Origin: Phoronis australis
Taxonomy: Eukaryota > Animalia > Phoronida
NCBI GenBank assembly: GCA_002633005.1
Contig: NMRA01000176.1
Coordinates: forward strand, 381,740-445,739
Length of the DNA: 64,000 bases
Direction of reading: 5' to 3'
In this document: positions 11,730 through 26,900 of the stretch, piece by piece
How the letters are laid out: every line of letters starts with the position of its first letter
Numbering within the stretch: the first letter of the stretch is position 1
Translations under genes and position numbers: made by a program
Notes under the pieces: model-generated
Told to the model about the DNA's origin: nothing
Database searches by the model: none
Seen by the model: the letters and a program-made list of their open reading frames with translations, nothing else

Positions 11730-12747
11730 AACACCTATGTCATATGCCACAACTGACGGACTTAACTATAAGCTCAGTTTTGAGCGCTTTCAACACCGGC
11801 TAACACTAAACACTTTTTATTATAAAATACGCTGCACCTCCGTGTATGATTCGCAACAATCAAGTCTTTCTTGTGTACATATATCGAGCGTATATTGCAT
11901 AACGAAGGGCGGCAAAATAAAATGAAGGTGCAGTTGTAAAGTTTGTTTTAATTGGTGCTTAAGATGAACGTTGCGTTAATTACTTTTTTCACTCGTTAGT
12001 TTAATGAGACACATCTCTCTTATCTACCTCCTAGATCGATACCATAAGCCAGGTTACACGGTCTTCTAGCCACATGTCAGTTTGGAAAGCAGCCAGCCAA
12101 GACAAATTATTATGCTTTTTGAAGCAGTAAAATGAGTGCCAAAACGTTCCGTTTTTAGGAGCATGCATAACGTGATAGAGCGTAGTAACCAGCACACTGT
12201 ACTAACTCGGGACGGATGGAATATCAGATAACATCAAAATTCTGATCAACGAATTTTCACTATCCTGTTACGCTCAGGCTCAATAAAACGGTGCAACTAA
12301 TGTGGCAAAGACATTTCTAAAAAAAAAACCATGAGAAACCCGACTTTAACATTAAGTATTTTTAAAAGGAACATTTACAAGAGTGGGCAGGAAAAATTTA
12401 ATCATATAAGGGAACTGGATATTTTTCACAAGTCTTTAAAGTGACAAATTGTAACATTCGTTACTGTCGCTGGTTCACTTTTTTGATTTGGGGACCCGAT
12501 TTTTTCCCAGACGATAACTATTTCTCATTTTTAACTTGAACCTAGTGTTTCTAACTAATTTGACCAAGTAATCACAAAGATAAGGAATTAGCATGCAAGT
12601 TCCACTTTAAAATCAAAGAAACACTATTATTTTCAATATAGTGATCTCTATTCCATCATCATCATCATCAAAATAGCACAATCAGTGATTTCATTAAAAT
12701 TATATAAGAATACTCTTAAACTTAACTTCTTTATTCTAATCAAAGGG

Positions 12748-12860
12748 GTAACAGTCACTTACAGTGGTACCCCATTTCAAATGAGAACCAGTTTTCTGCA
12801 CTGAATAACAGGCATCAAACTGGTTCTCAAAAAACAGGGACCCCTTTAAGTGACTATTGC
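12748..12860. mobile_element. Palindromic MITE-like element (family core also at 60219-60285)
   Basis: Nested inverted arms cagtcactta/taagtgacta and gagaaccagttt/aaactggttctc around cactgaataacaggcat. Confidence 0.6.
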
Positions 12861-13728
12861 CATTAAAGCACTTTACAAGCGACTAAGTAATGATAAATGA
12901 CATTTCCCAACAACAATACAATCTCTGGTGGGCCACTGACAAAGAAAACAGCATCTGACCAGTACAGTATCACAAAATTCACAAACAATCTACCATCGTC
13001 AAGGCAAGAATATACAATTAAGCATCAACTTAGTACTCGAATAAGACCAAAACTGGCATCATGTACAGGAGTCGACAGCAAATTTCACACTACAAGATAC
13101 TGGCAGGTGACAGCTGGTTATGTCACAAGCTTCACTTGTAATGCGTGTGGATATCACGCCAAGACTAGCGTGATTTCGCCTAACTTGCAAGAATCCAACC
13201 TTGCAGAACAAACCAGCAAAAGTACAATGAAATTGCTTCTAACCATACGGAAAATGGAAATAATACTACAAGATCATTATTTCAGTCTGCTATGTAATTA
13301 TTATTAAGAGAGCAATTAATAAACCCTCTCAAATAAGAGCCTGTGAGTCAACAGTTCACCTTATTGGTCAAGTCATTAGCATTTTCCAATTGCTAGTATA
13401 AGAAATTCACACTGAAAAATGCCCCAGTAAAGGATCCAGCCAATTCAATGATACATAGCTAACTTGACTCGTATCATACAATTCACTAAGACATTAGATA
13501 TGTAGCACACACTAATTATGACGTTAGGAAACCAAGGACAACGAGTTCCTGTCACCATGGCAGTAACAATAAACAAGGAAGTAGGCTTGTGTTATTATGC
13601 GTAGAAACTGCAACAGGGTTTCTTAAAGTTGATACACAACATGCATCAAATTAATTCATTCTTAAAGATGCAGTACCACGTCATTGATATTTACACTGAA
13701 TTTCACAAACATATCATCACATTCTTAA

Positions 13729-13825
13729 TTTGTTAGTCCTCCAACCATGGACACAAGCAATGTAGGTGGAGTGACCTTTGTTAGTCCTCCAACCATGGAC
13801 ACAAGCAATGTAGGTGGAGTGACCT
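13729..13825. repeat. Perfect 48-bp direct tandem duplication
   Basis: tttgttagtcctccaaccatggacacaagcaatgtaggtggagtgacc x2. Confidence 0.9.
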
Positions 13826-14867
13826 AGGCAGCTAATAAATAAATTTTGGCATGGAAGCACACCCGAAAAAGGGGGTCAAGCACCTGTCACTTATGGTTGA
13901 CACTGGGCCTCCTTTCAAGCGATATCTACATGTAATTCACGAGATGATACGAGTCCATCTTTTGAGGAAAAATGCTGTTCAAACACTACACACATGGGAC
14001 CAGACAAATTTACGCAGAAAAGTGTAAAAAAATTGCAGAATCGATAAACTATATCCGGGGATAATAATAATAATAATAAATTAAATGGAACAGGTCACTG
14101 GCCAAAGTATTTCCTCTTGTGGCCACAATGCTGAGTGAGAAGACGACAAATTTAACTTCAATACTCTCAAGCAATGGACAACACTAGAATTATGGATTCC
14201 ATGCAGATTCAGCGTTTGGCAACAATTGAGTAGAACCCATAAACAATCAAGCAAATGAGCCAATAATCACACATACTTGAGCTGCAACACGCACATTGTT
14301 TAGCCAATCAGGTAGGAGTAACAGCGACTCTGGCTAATAGATTATGAGTCGTTTCTACTTCGACCAATCAGCTGTGAGTGGCAGGAAATACGAAGGCAGG
14401 CACATGATACCCGTCCGGAGCATTAACAGCTTCGGTCAATACATTAGAGGTCTATCCCATGGCGTTTAAGGTTTGGTAACAAGGTCTGTTCTTCAGCCCT
14501 GTTTACATAGTTACTTCTGTCGTCTGACTCACCAGTCAGACCAGAGTATTTATGAACCTAGTCACCCAACCATCTCTCTCATCTGGGACAGCAGATATAA
14601 ACTATCAAATTTTTCACAATACACATACAAGATAACTGGTTACAACTCATAGTAAAATTAACAAGCATCCTAGGTATAGCCAACCCAACAGCGATCTTTT
14701 CACAGTAATCAAGTCGCTGAACCTTTCTCTTCACCCAGAGCCATGCTTCACATTTAAGCATGACGTGGCAACTTCATTTCTTGTTGACAGACTACTAGCC
14801 AATCGATGTATAACCTGAGCTGTTGAGACCAACTTGTCCACGTTTTCTTGCCATAAATATGGCGGTT

Positions 14868-14983
14868 TCACGGTTCTGCCGTGTGATGATGACCATCGCC
14901 GCTGGACACAGGGGGCAGTCTACTGGACACTGTTGTTGAGCTGCTAGAACCTGCAGTCAAGTACCCAGCAACAGATGGGCCGG
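14868..14983 (-). CDS. DNAJC13: DNAJC13 last coding exon
   Basis: atttcag|CC GGC CCA TCT GTT GCT GGG TAC TTG ACT GCA ... GAA CCG TGA. Confidence 0.9.
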
Positions 14984-17900
14984 CTGAAATAAGTGCAATA
15001 GGGATTAGAGGAAAATGCAGGCTTAAAAATCTAATATCAAAAGACAAAGTGCGTTGCCATGGTGGCTATTTCCGATGTTTTTATTAACTTCCGAGTCTAT
15101 TTTCAGACTGTTTTCGTACAAAACACACTGTGTGAAATTTAAGAAATATGATGACAATCGAACAATCACCCATACCCCAATGTTCAGAATCAAGAAAGTT
15201 CAATTTCTGCTGGAATACCAGTGTCCCAAATTTAAGAGACTGTCCAAAATTGCACAAGTCTTACGATAGACAATGATTACGAGTTGGAAGTAAACGCACT
15301 GTATCCCCAGAGTGTTTTCATAGCAAAATGGTATTTCTGAGACACTTCAACGCGTTTAACGTCCAAGCAGAAGGCTAGAATATTACCTCCGGTCAAATAT
15401 CCGGCAACGTTGGTGTTATTTATGAACAAGTCATGTCGCTGATCCTTGTATTCTTTCCACACTGCTGACTTTTCAAGGACAGAGCTGACCTGGTAAGGAG
15501 AGATAATTCAAGCCATTCACAATTCTGTTACATGTAACCACCCTTTTATAGTACAAGCTGATGCCAGTGAAATGCACGCTACGGTAAAAGCAAAGTGCAA
15601 GTCATAATACTCGTGAGAGCCAGGCACCACTTTGATGAAGTTGCAACCACCAAAAGGTTGTCGTGGTAATTTGAAATCCACTTTTCACACACACTCAGCC
15701 CAAATCAGCCAAATAATAGTCATCCGACACATCGACTGATTTAAAAAACTCACCAGTTCAAGCTTACATAGATATTTGTAAACATCAGCAGTCTGTGTGC
15801 AGAATATTCTGAGATTCCGTGTTTAAAGAGCAACAGACACACTCGGCTGATTTAGCAATGTTGAACACCAAATGATAATTTGACGTCCTCGGTATGAACA
15901 CCTTAGGGCAAATAATTTTTTCATAACCATATAGCTGAACTGTGTACCAGATATAATTTGACAGAATGGTATGTCCACAAGCCAACTTGACTTCAAAAAA
16001 CACACATACATGACAGCAACAGCCAACTACAATAATGTCATGAATTCATTTTGTTATGATGAGCGTAAGAATGTACACAAAGGAACAGAGCACTCACAAT
16101 TTTTTCGACAAATTCTTGGTAAAGGGACATAAGTCCGAACAAGCAAAATTGATTTTCTTCTTTACTCTGACTCATTCTGAGAGACCTGTGCTCATTGACT
16201 CAAAAAAACTGTTAACCTCTATCAATTACAGACAATTTTTCATTTTCTTGAAAAGCAGCAAGGTTTTAAATGCCATGATTTGCCAAGCGATGAGAAAACA
16301 AAAACAAATCCCACATCATTTTTGCTTGTCTTGGTGGATTTTTTTTGAATAAGTGAGCGATCAAAAACACGGAGCTCCCAGCTGAGTTTTCAAAAAAAAA
16401 AACCATAGACCAATCCAGAACCAATAGGCCCAACATGCACTTCACATTAAGCCAAACCATTATTGCGCAGCCTAGACTCACCTGCTCGCCAAAGTTGAGA
16501 CTTCTCTGCATGGCCTTGAGTGCTTTCACAATCTGTGCCTTGCTGGCCGCTGGGTTCTCGACATTGTCCAGTCCAACCTCTAGCAGACGCAGCAGAAACT
16601 GGATCAGGTCCACATTCAGGGCCTGAAAGTAGTCCCAGCATCGAGCAATTAGTCCGCAGTAGGAGAGGCCATTTGGCATCGCTATGAACAGCTTTGGACA
16701 AACCATTTTACATACTTGATAATTATACAAGATACAATTTGTCAGAATGGTATGTTCTCAAGGGCCTATCTTTTAAAAGCTGTCCCAACTTTCTTTTGAG
16801 TGCCTTATTGCAAAATGAGAAACAGTTAATTTTCGACTTTTAGAAAGCATCCAGTCTAGTGTCTGAACACAGACTTGACTCAGATTAGAAACCAATCATG
16901 CTGCATTAGAAGGATTTTTTTAAGTTAACTCGAAACGTGCCATGCAGCTGGTCAATTTTGGAGTCAAGTTTGGAGTACAGAGACTAGACCTGGGCCAAGA
17001 ACCACTACAATTTGGGCAGGAAAAGGAAAGTATGTCTGCTTCTGAAACAGAGTGGGACAAGTCAGTAGATAAGAAGAAATGCAGATATTGAGTCTTACCT
17101 GCTGAATCAAATCATCGTCATCTGCTTGAAACATTTTGTTGAGCGCCTCACATGCTAGTCCGATCTGGTCACGTCTGACCTTCATGGCAGTCTTCAAGCC
17201 CTTCAGACATTCTGTCTGGGCTAGACTTCGGATACAAACCTGACGTGGCATAGAAAAACACATTTAAAATAAGTCAACATGTTCACACTTAAAAATTAAA
17301 TTAAATGCAGTCAGGTAATTTGAGATAAGTCTAGTAGGAAAAAGCCTTGATCATAACTATTGTGCTCAATGTAAATTTACATATAAAATTCAACTGATTA
17401 ATAACATTGATTCTTTTTTCAGCCACCTAACAGATTCAAATGCACAAAGTGCCATCTTTGAAAATCACAGTTCTGGTTAATGTTTTGGGTGGAACCCATT
17501 GCTTTGTTTATTAAATATACTGAGTTACTGTTCCAAATTATACAACATAAAACTATGGACCACTGATTGCTTTAACGGAACAATTCCCCAACTTGATTTA
17601 TTCCCCTTTTGAAGTTTTGTGACTTTGTCTTGACCCAGTTTGCACAACTTGGCATAAAAATTAGAACCTAACGGCCTGACACGCATCACGGTTCCTAAAT
17701 AAAAAATTTTCAAGGCAAATGGTGAGTAATATGTAGTTTCATTCCCTTTGCGAAAAGATAATGAGGAGACCCAACCCAATTCATCTATCGAGATGCTGAG
17801 ATAAATCAGTATCGCTCTTTCCTAAAAACCAAGTGATGCTTGTCGATTTGGCAGACATCAACACAGTCAAACCAATGAAGGTATTTTTCCCTCACAGATA

Positions 17901-20900
17901 AGTCATACACAAATTGTAGTTTTTCAAAAATTTTGCAAAGAGGGTACTTCTGCCAAAATAATGTAAGCCGGGAACAGTATCTATAGCCATTTGTTTAATA
18001 ATATACAGTTTTACAGCATGAAAAATTCAGAAACTTATGAGTGTAAGAGACTTCCACATTCATGAGCTTGAGCACCACCTATAGGACAATGTTTCTCAGG
18101 GGTTATATCCACAGAATGGTCTCGGCATTCAAATCACCTCACTATTGGTCAGTTGATGAATGATGACGATGGATGACTTCGGTATGGCGTCGTTCTTCTT
18201 GCTCAGACCCTCGACGATCTTGGGCACATGACCCATCTGAGGCACCTGGTCCAACATGGACGGTTGGGCGTTGAAGAACAGCTGGATGGCCGTGCTGATG
18301 GTCTCCAGCACCTCAGTCTATAAAGGGATGAAGCAGACATAATAAACTGGGGCCCCTTTCATGAGAAGTGACTTGAAACAGTAGAGGCCAGTGGCAATAC
18401 GTGTCTTGGATTGTGTAACTTTTTTCAAAACAGCATACGTTTTCTTAGTAGCTTTGATAGCATCTAAAGCATGCTACTTTTAAGATTTTTACAGCTACTT
18501 TAATTAGGCCAATTCTAACATTGCAGACTTCAGGGGTCATTCCCTCCATATGGCCTAATTCAGATTATCTCCCTCACGGACAATTTCTTACTCACAGTTG
18601 TACGCATGTACGCCCACCCAGTCACACATTCATAATATACCCGGTAATAGTCTCTGTGCCAACGCCGTGATTTCCTTACATTTGTCCTGGTGGAGGCTGT
18701 CAATTGAACCCACTTCTCCAACAGCTCCGTGATGAACTCCTTTGGTTTCCGCAGCACCCAACCCGGGTTGCTGATGAAGAGGCGTAAGAATACACCGGCG
18801 ACAACCACTTCGCCCGTCACGTCTGTGAATACCACGTTGAAGTCCTCTGGCAACGACCACTTGACCTCTGCATTGTCTCGTTGAACCTTGTAATGTCTTA
18901 AAAAGACAACAAGCCAATAAATGAATCGACTCCTGAGGAATAACGTTTTGAGAAACATTGAGAACAAAACTTCAAAAGGCAAATATTACTCTCATTGCTT
19001 AAACCATAAATCATGAGTTACAGGGCTATAAACGCGACTTATCTCAAAAGAAGTTTGGATTAAGGTCATTTACCGTGTTGTAAGACTGGTTTAAACTGGT
19101 CTGTATTCAGAAAGGAAGTGGATTTGTGAAGAGGCGTCTGGAAGTTTGCCATTGTGATCAGGCTTAACAAGTAGGCTTGCCATGGGGAGTCATCCTATGT
19201 ACCTAGCATGGGCTCAAGAAAATATCAAATTGTCACTTCTTTCAGAGTACGGAAGTGATATCAAATTAAGATAAGTTTTATAACGAAATGGTACCTGGCC
19301 TGAAGAATCAAAAAGCTCATTTTCTGATGAGACACGGGTATACGGCACCTCAACAGTCGCATTACTGTGTTTAACTTAAGAGGCAGAAACTAACTACACG
19401 AAGAAGTGTCTTACTGTAGTTTGAGTTTCTGCACTGTGTCCGACACTTTCTCTCTAGCTTCATCATTCCAAATCAATTCTGGATTCTCATGACAACCTGC
19501 AACGGACAACATCCAAGCCTTGATCTCAACATATGATTTGCAATCACACTACCTGTGCACAGTATGAACATCCATGAGCACCGCTTAATGATTAACTGTC
19601 AGACAGAGAACCACATTTTCCAAATGACACTTTCAAACTCAAACGACACTCCAAATTTTTTATATTACAATCAGTCACAATGATGGATACATGTTATGTT
19701 AAAATGCCTTCAAAAACCTAAGACAACGCTCTCATCATTAACAAAATGAGCTTTCCCTCATATAGACTTAAGCCTCACCTTCAAACATATGTACACTGGC
19801 CTCGGATGAGTCCCTCATGGCATCCATGAAAATAGGCGGAAGAAACTTGGACAATATGATGCGTACTTTGGGGCCCACAAGCTTGTCGCTTAGCATCTTG
19901 GCGAAGAGTTCAGCCGTCTTCTCTCGCGTCGCTGGGTTGGTGTCGTTACAGAACAGGTCGAGGAGATAGACGAGGGCACCTGGTGGGAGGCGGACGAGAA
20001 CATTTAGAAGTTGCAGTCCTAGAGCTTGTTTCACTAAAGAACTTACGACTTTCTTGGATGTAAGTTCGGTTTACACTAATTGTGGAAACTAACGAGTTAT
20101 GCCATTTTTCTAAGATTAAAAATGACTTAAAGTATGTTGACAGGTTTAGAAACCAACTGCCAACTCTTATTTATAGCAATATGCTTAGTTATTTTCAACA
20201 AGTTATTAAGGTAAAGTAGTAATGTTACAACCTAAGACTGACCTTGAACTTATTGTGAAAAACCTTCACCTATTGCATCAGAAACAGTGACCTTGATTCC
20301 ATAATTTATGAATTCCATTCCATAATTCCACACTTCAACCTGACCGACCGATCACTTCAGTGGTGGTCATGTTGCTAGGTTACGCTACTAAGGTATCTAG
20401 CATACTCATGTAACACTCACTTCTCACTTGCGAAATAGTATGCAGTTTTGTGTGATCTCGCTTTTCTCCCAAGAAACAGAACACTACCCTGGATTGTACA
20501 GTGGTTTAAGGATTGAGACAAAGCCATTTCACTTTTAAGGCCACATCCTAAACATTACTTCTGTAGTTGAAATTTGGCGATGCCATCATCCACACAGTTA
20601 CTGTATATTTTGTTTCAGTCTAATATGGCAGTGTGCCATAAACCTTGACAAATATGACAAAAACACTATTTTTAAATAAGAGGACATCTTACAGGGTTCT
20701 ACTTGAAAGGGTTGGAATTGCACGTATAGGCCAGGACAATTTTGGAACCTAAAAGCAACACCTGTTAACACGAGGAATTTTCAAAGTTTTTAATTTTGTG
20801 CGCGTAAAATTTTTATACTTGGTGCCAACATTTAAGGAGATGAAAAAACGCATGATACTTAACACATATCCCCATTTCCCTGCAGCAGTTTTTCCTCTCC

Positions 20901-23900
20901 ATATAGAATTACACAATCACGCAAATAGCAACTTGATTCACACGTTTTTATTCAACAGAGTGATATTACTAAACGAATTCCAGACAACCAATCCGCCTTA
21001 CCTTTAATCATGGCTTCTTTCACGATCTTTGTATTAGACATCAGTGCGTATAAACTATCCAGTGCTAGGGGACAGTGCTTAGGTAGGGAATGAAGAACCA
21101 GCAATAGATAGGCAATGACTTCCGAGGCAGCGATATCATTGACGCATTCGGCATTTCCGGTTACACTGTTGATCACCTGGTTAATACAAAAGGAAGACAT
21201 GTCACATAACGCGAGTTGCTAGGCAACGCAGGGGGACACTATCACACAGCCATCCCCAACATTGTCAGTAGCAAACCAGTTTCATTGTGGCTGAAAGGCA
21301 GTCAATCAGGTGTCTACTATTGTACAGGCTGCACAACAGAACACTAGACTCCACGCACACATCATGTCAATATGGTACAAGTTGATACATCAGTGACATT
21401 CATTTCCATCACTTTGACCATGAAAGTTAAAAGTAATAATCCTTGAAGAGCGAGTGTCACATGACATGAATACTTTCTTCCATCAGCCATTAGACTCAGC
21501 GAAACTGACACGCTGCCAAGTGACATGCTGAGCAATAAATCTAAATTTCTCAAAATTCTCAGTTATTAATTATAAACATTACGAGTTCTTTAACCATACA
21601 TTGCACACAAATCCGTTCAATCTCAAAATTTTTGGAGGGGATAAAAATAACAAAGCTCAGTATACCTTGATCATTGGAAACTGTTTTTGGTTCACGATTT
21701 TGGGTGCAACTCTTTGGTTTTAATTTTTTTAAGTCAATGAGTTGGCATTCCCAATTACACAATTATAGAACCACGGACAGAATGGAGTTCATCGATTGCT
21801 TTTGAATGAGAGGAAAAATCAACTTGGTAACTTCATTTATTCCAGTTCAAGTTTTTGACTTGACCCAATTAGCAATACGAGGGACTTAAATGGCTGTGAC
21901 AACAAATTGTCACAAATCATGGTTACCTCCAGTGTGTATTGCTGAACAGTGGCACAGCCGTCCAGTCGGAGTAGGGAGAATAACAGCTTAAAGTGACCCA
22001 TGCACTGAATCTCAACACCTGCAAAATGAGGGGCGATTGAGATAAGGCTGATTGGAAAATAGATGGCATCCCTGAGATTTATGGCCATGACACAACACTC
22101 TGAGTGTAATGTTATGCATGTGATGTATGACAATGACCACAACAATAAAATCAAAACAAGTAATTAGGCACGATCTGTCGAGACTTGTGAAGAAATGGTC
22201 AAAGCTTAGACAAGTGTTTGATTAGTCTGCCGGGTTGCTTATTGTCAGTGACAAGTTCTAGCACGGCACTTCTAGCACTGCAAGAACAGAACATCGCTAT
22301 CTGGTAATGTGAGTGGGGGGCTCACGACAAGATGGATCATTGCTAGTGCACTCTAGTGACCAAACTGTGGGAAGACTACTTTATGCACAGGTTTTAGTGC
22401 TCTACGTTAACAATGATACTATAGGCACGCATGGTAAATGTCCGTGAGCAAACAGAAAGTAAATGACAAAAGGCCCTACTGGCTATAAATAAGTTTTACT
22501 TCAGATCAAGTAAAGCAAAAAATATTTTTTCCTGAACAACATGGACCCTTACACAAAGTAGTGGCTTCAGTTAGAAGATTACCTTACAGTCATAAGTAGA
22601 CAAACAGCCCTTATGGTAACACTGTAAACTGCTATTACATCCTTGACGTTTTGTACTATTTCAAGATTTGACCAGCGAGACGAATTTCAAATTAACTTCC
22701 AGACAGAAGAGTAAAAACCAAAAATTCGAAAACAAAATTTCACAAAACCAAAGCCAGCCTGTTTTATCAAACAGTAATCATTACTATAGACACAATGACT
22801 TAGTTAAATAACAAGGTGCATTTGTTGGGTATACTCGGACACGGCACTTCAAGTGACGCATTTTAAAAAAATTATTTTACCTGCGTTGTTTTTAATCACG
22901 TTACTCAGTGCCTTTAAAGCCATCTCCACCTGTATGAGTCGGTCACCTTTACTTTCCGACTGCGACTGTTGCAAGGACATCAGCGAATGCAGATACTGAA
23001 ATGGGCGACATAATTACATGCTGTTCACACTGAAGCGGGTTACAACTTTCAAACCCAGTTCAAAGGTTGCAACTCATGGTGTGAACAGATTAAATTTCAT
23101 TTATAAAAGTTTTAACTGTGAAATAGTGAACGCCCTCTGAGAGGGTGATTTAGAGACGTTGCAATTGTCATAACCCAGTGGGAATGTTCACGACAATTAT
23201 AAACGCATCAGTGGCACAGTCCTCTAGTGACTAAACCAAGAACAAATAGGTTTTAACAGTTCCTGTTGTATCTCTCAGTGTGAACGGCTACAATTTGTAA
23301 AGGTGGAAAAGTCATAATCTGGCTTAGTTAGACGTGACCAAAACAGTCTTCTCTAATAATCAACATTTCCTCACAAATTAAAAGCAAGACTGCACTTAAA
23401 ATGTTTCTAAACCCAACAAAATGCCCTGTGATTCCTGGTTTATACCTATCCTATTGTTCGTTTTAGACCTTTTGTGCTAAAGCAACAATCACACGTCAAC
23501 TAACATTATTTTTTTTAGACCAAACTAATTTTGCCAAGTGCTTACAATACTTTATGCCAAGTGCAAATTACTATTAACAGACCTAGTAACACTCCAGTTT
23601 TAAGAAATCAATTACATTCGGTTCAGAAAGTATATGAACCATACCTGTGCTTGAGATCCTATGAACTGGAGTAAGTCTATAGTGAATCCTTTGGGTTTCT
23701 GAAATGCGTGGAATAAGCAACAATATATTTGACGGTACTACTTGCACAAAATAACAATTCAAAGGTTAAAACAACTCCAGCGGTCTGTTCCACAAAAAGT
23801 GACCCAAAACAGAAATGTTGTCTTACCCTCCACATAACTATTTCTGCAAAACAGCTAAACCTCGCTTGTGCAGAAGTGCAGTCTCTGAGAATAAACACTC

Positions 23901-26900
23901 AACTGGAAGTTACTGAAAGAGGTAATTTCTGTAAAATTATTTCAAGACTGACGCGCTCATAATTACTTGGATAAACCTTTATTCAGAAATTATGAAGCGG
24001 GACCAAACTTGTGTCTCAAATCTCAAGTCACTTTGTATGAAACAGACCCCAGAACTAACCCTCACTTCCTTAAACCATCAATAAAAGTTCTTATTTTATT
24101 ATTACACTATATAAGGTTCATCTACTTAACAGGCAGCTTGAGAAAAATACGCGAGACCTTAGAACATTTTCTTTCATGGATTGATCCGATACTTTTGTCC
24201 AGTTTCCTCAAAAATATTTTTCCATATCTTCAACAATGCAAGAACTTCAACGGATTTCGTCAACTTTTTGTGAAAACTTCATGGTCAGTTCAATAAGGTA
24301 TTACCTCCAGGGGGAATGTTGACTGCTCATTGTAAATTCTGACAAAGATCTCCCCGACGATGAGTTCCTTCTGGTGAACAGAGAAGACAAAGTCTGCACC
24401 GAACATCTCGTCACATTCACCCTATAAATAAAGAGACATTAGACTCGCTACAATAAGCTACAGAATGGATGTATTCATGCTGTTATGTGCCCACGAACAC
24501 AGTAAGACAATAGTGCATCAACAAATCTACATACAGTAAAATCCAAAACGACAGACAAAATGACCCACAATTCCCTGTTAAGATGGTTGGAGAGCTGCTG
24601 AGTTCATCCTCACAATAGGAGGCGCTGTCTCCCATAGGTGGAACTTCCATCTCCCAATCTAAAGATTGACAGATCACATTCCTCCTCATCGAAGTGCCTG
24701 GACAACTCCAACACCACGTCGTCTATACCACCTACCGTTCGCCTCATGGTCCCCTGCTGCTCCTCTAGATACTCCAACAATTCCCCTCTGGTGGCGTTGT
24801 CCCATATTAGATAGGGGTTCTCAGAGTTACAGTTCAGCAGTTTCAGAATCTGTTGAAAGCCAGAATACATAATACAGCCAAGAGAACATAATTACAAAAC
24901 TAAACGGTTGCAATATTATTACTAATACCCAACATAACGATTGCTCGGGATGTAATAGGCCCAATGCCATTATTCTACATATTCAAAGCTTTCCCAAACT
25001 GCACAACAGAATGGGAAGTACAAGTCAAAAGTATTCAGATAAAATGACCCAGAATTCTACATCACGATGACTAAATTCATTGTAGTTTTCCCTTACGACC
25101 AAAAATTAAGGGGAATTAGCAGGAAAGGTGGCTAAACCATTCTGTACACTAGTCAGTAACTGTTTCTTATTTAAAAGAGTAGAGTTTAAGGCTAGATGGA
25201 CTTTTTATGTACTTTGCAAACACATCTACCAGAAACGCACTACACTTAACTACCGTAACAAAGTGAAGTATTGTATTGATACTGTTTAGCACATTTCAGT
25301 ATAATATGTAAAAATTCACCAATTTCAAACAAAGACAATTGTGAGAATTGTCAATTTTCTAAATGGCAAACAGGCTTTTTTGCACTGTTACTTATAACTT
25401 TTGTTCAAATTCTTAACACAAATATAAAGAATATGTGTCTTCAATGAACTGCAAGCATTTTCTTTTCTCAAAGAAAACTTTTGTCTAATCACACTCGTTG
25501 GCTAGGCTATGCTAATGCTAGGATGTATTAGTACTCAACAGAAGAGATCTTGGCTAGCTAGTTTGAACTGGCCAGTCACAGTAGGCCTGAACATCTCGTT
25601 AATCTGCACACAAAAAGGCGCAAGGATTTTTGTTATGTAAAGCTGGATTTCGAACTCATGTAACCAATCAGCCAAATTTCCTTAAAATCAGTTAAAAATA
25701 GCAGAACGACAATAATATGCATTCGGTGTTTACAAGTTAATTTCGACAGACGATGGCTCACAGAACCGAAACAATAATATTGTAATACTTTCTAGCAGTT
25801 TTCAATCATTGTTAAAATTTGCCTGCCATCAGCGAAAGAAGAAAATCGGACAAAATATAATACTTAATCATTTGAAAACTAAATGAAAATTTTTGCTTTG
25901 AAATTTTGATCACTTTCGACGACAAGATTAATGGCAGTCAACATTTTACAAAAACTACTCCATATTAACTACAATCCAGCTAATAGTTAAAGCAAAGTGA
26001 TAGGCTCCCTCTCGCTCACCTCAGCTGGTGAGTCTGTGCCCAGTTTCCTGGCTAGATAGGGGGTTAACAGAGCATACAGGGACTTCTTCACTGCAGGGTT
26101 GTCAGGGGGCGCTTCGTCACCACTTCCTCCAAAGCCAGCCAATCGAGCACAGGCTGTGACGCACAGACGCGCCAGCTTGTTGGCAACTTCCTGAATTAAG
26201 ATGATGAGTTTAATATGAGAAGAATACCAGTTCTCAAATTGAGCTTGGTGTAAAGCTTTAGGGAAGTAAAAATGTCCCAATACTATGTGAAGCTTCCAAA
26301 GGTGAATGCACACATAACATTTACTTTCAATAATACTGTTTTGACTGCACAGATTGCATTTTGAGACAATTCAAAAAGATTAAGCTGTCAGATAATAGTG
26401 CCATCATGCAACTTAAAATACAAAACAAAACCTATCAAGCCTGTGTGGAAAAAATCAATTAATGCTGAGTTGGTTCTGGTCAAATAACCACCTATGAACG
26501 CTAGACTAAACATCAATGAAATTTAACTTTACGATTACATTGGCCCCTCTAATTTAACAATAACTAGGTGGTGCAAGTGTGAGACTCACGAATGCAGGTA
26601 ATCATTTGTGACCATAAGCCCACAGACTACCACCTGTTGATCACCTGCTTTCTCCTCTCGAGCATAGAGTCACAAATAATATAGTCAACTTTTAGATATT
26701 CTATCAATTTCAGACCTAATCAAGATGATAACAACCACAGGCTGTTAACTCACAAGACAAATAATCTCACACAGCTGACTGATTGACAAATCTCAAGAAA
26801 GGCAACGTAGCCCACCTGCTGATTCGTTTCATCGCTCTTTTCAACACCGCCCTCCTCTAGCGTATAATCATAGTTGAACATGTACATCAGCAGATGCCAG

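Noticed and set aside
12897-13307. 136-aa ORF on the + strand
   Set aside because: No recognisable domain; A-rich antisense of the probable DNAJC13 3' UTR or downstream region.
15277-15386. Possible alternative DNAJC13 C-terminus by read-through of exon 15387-15489
   Set aside because: A canonical donor and a conserved terminal exon ([11 protein letters not shown]) exist; the read-through peptide has no supporting features.
15920-16770. Two similar ~55-bp segments (gatayaatttgwcagaatggtatgt) at ~15950 and ~16731
   Set aside because: Short degenerate intronic repeat fragments with no definable element or function.
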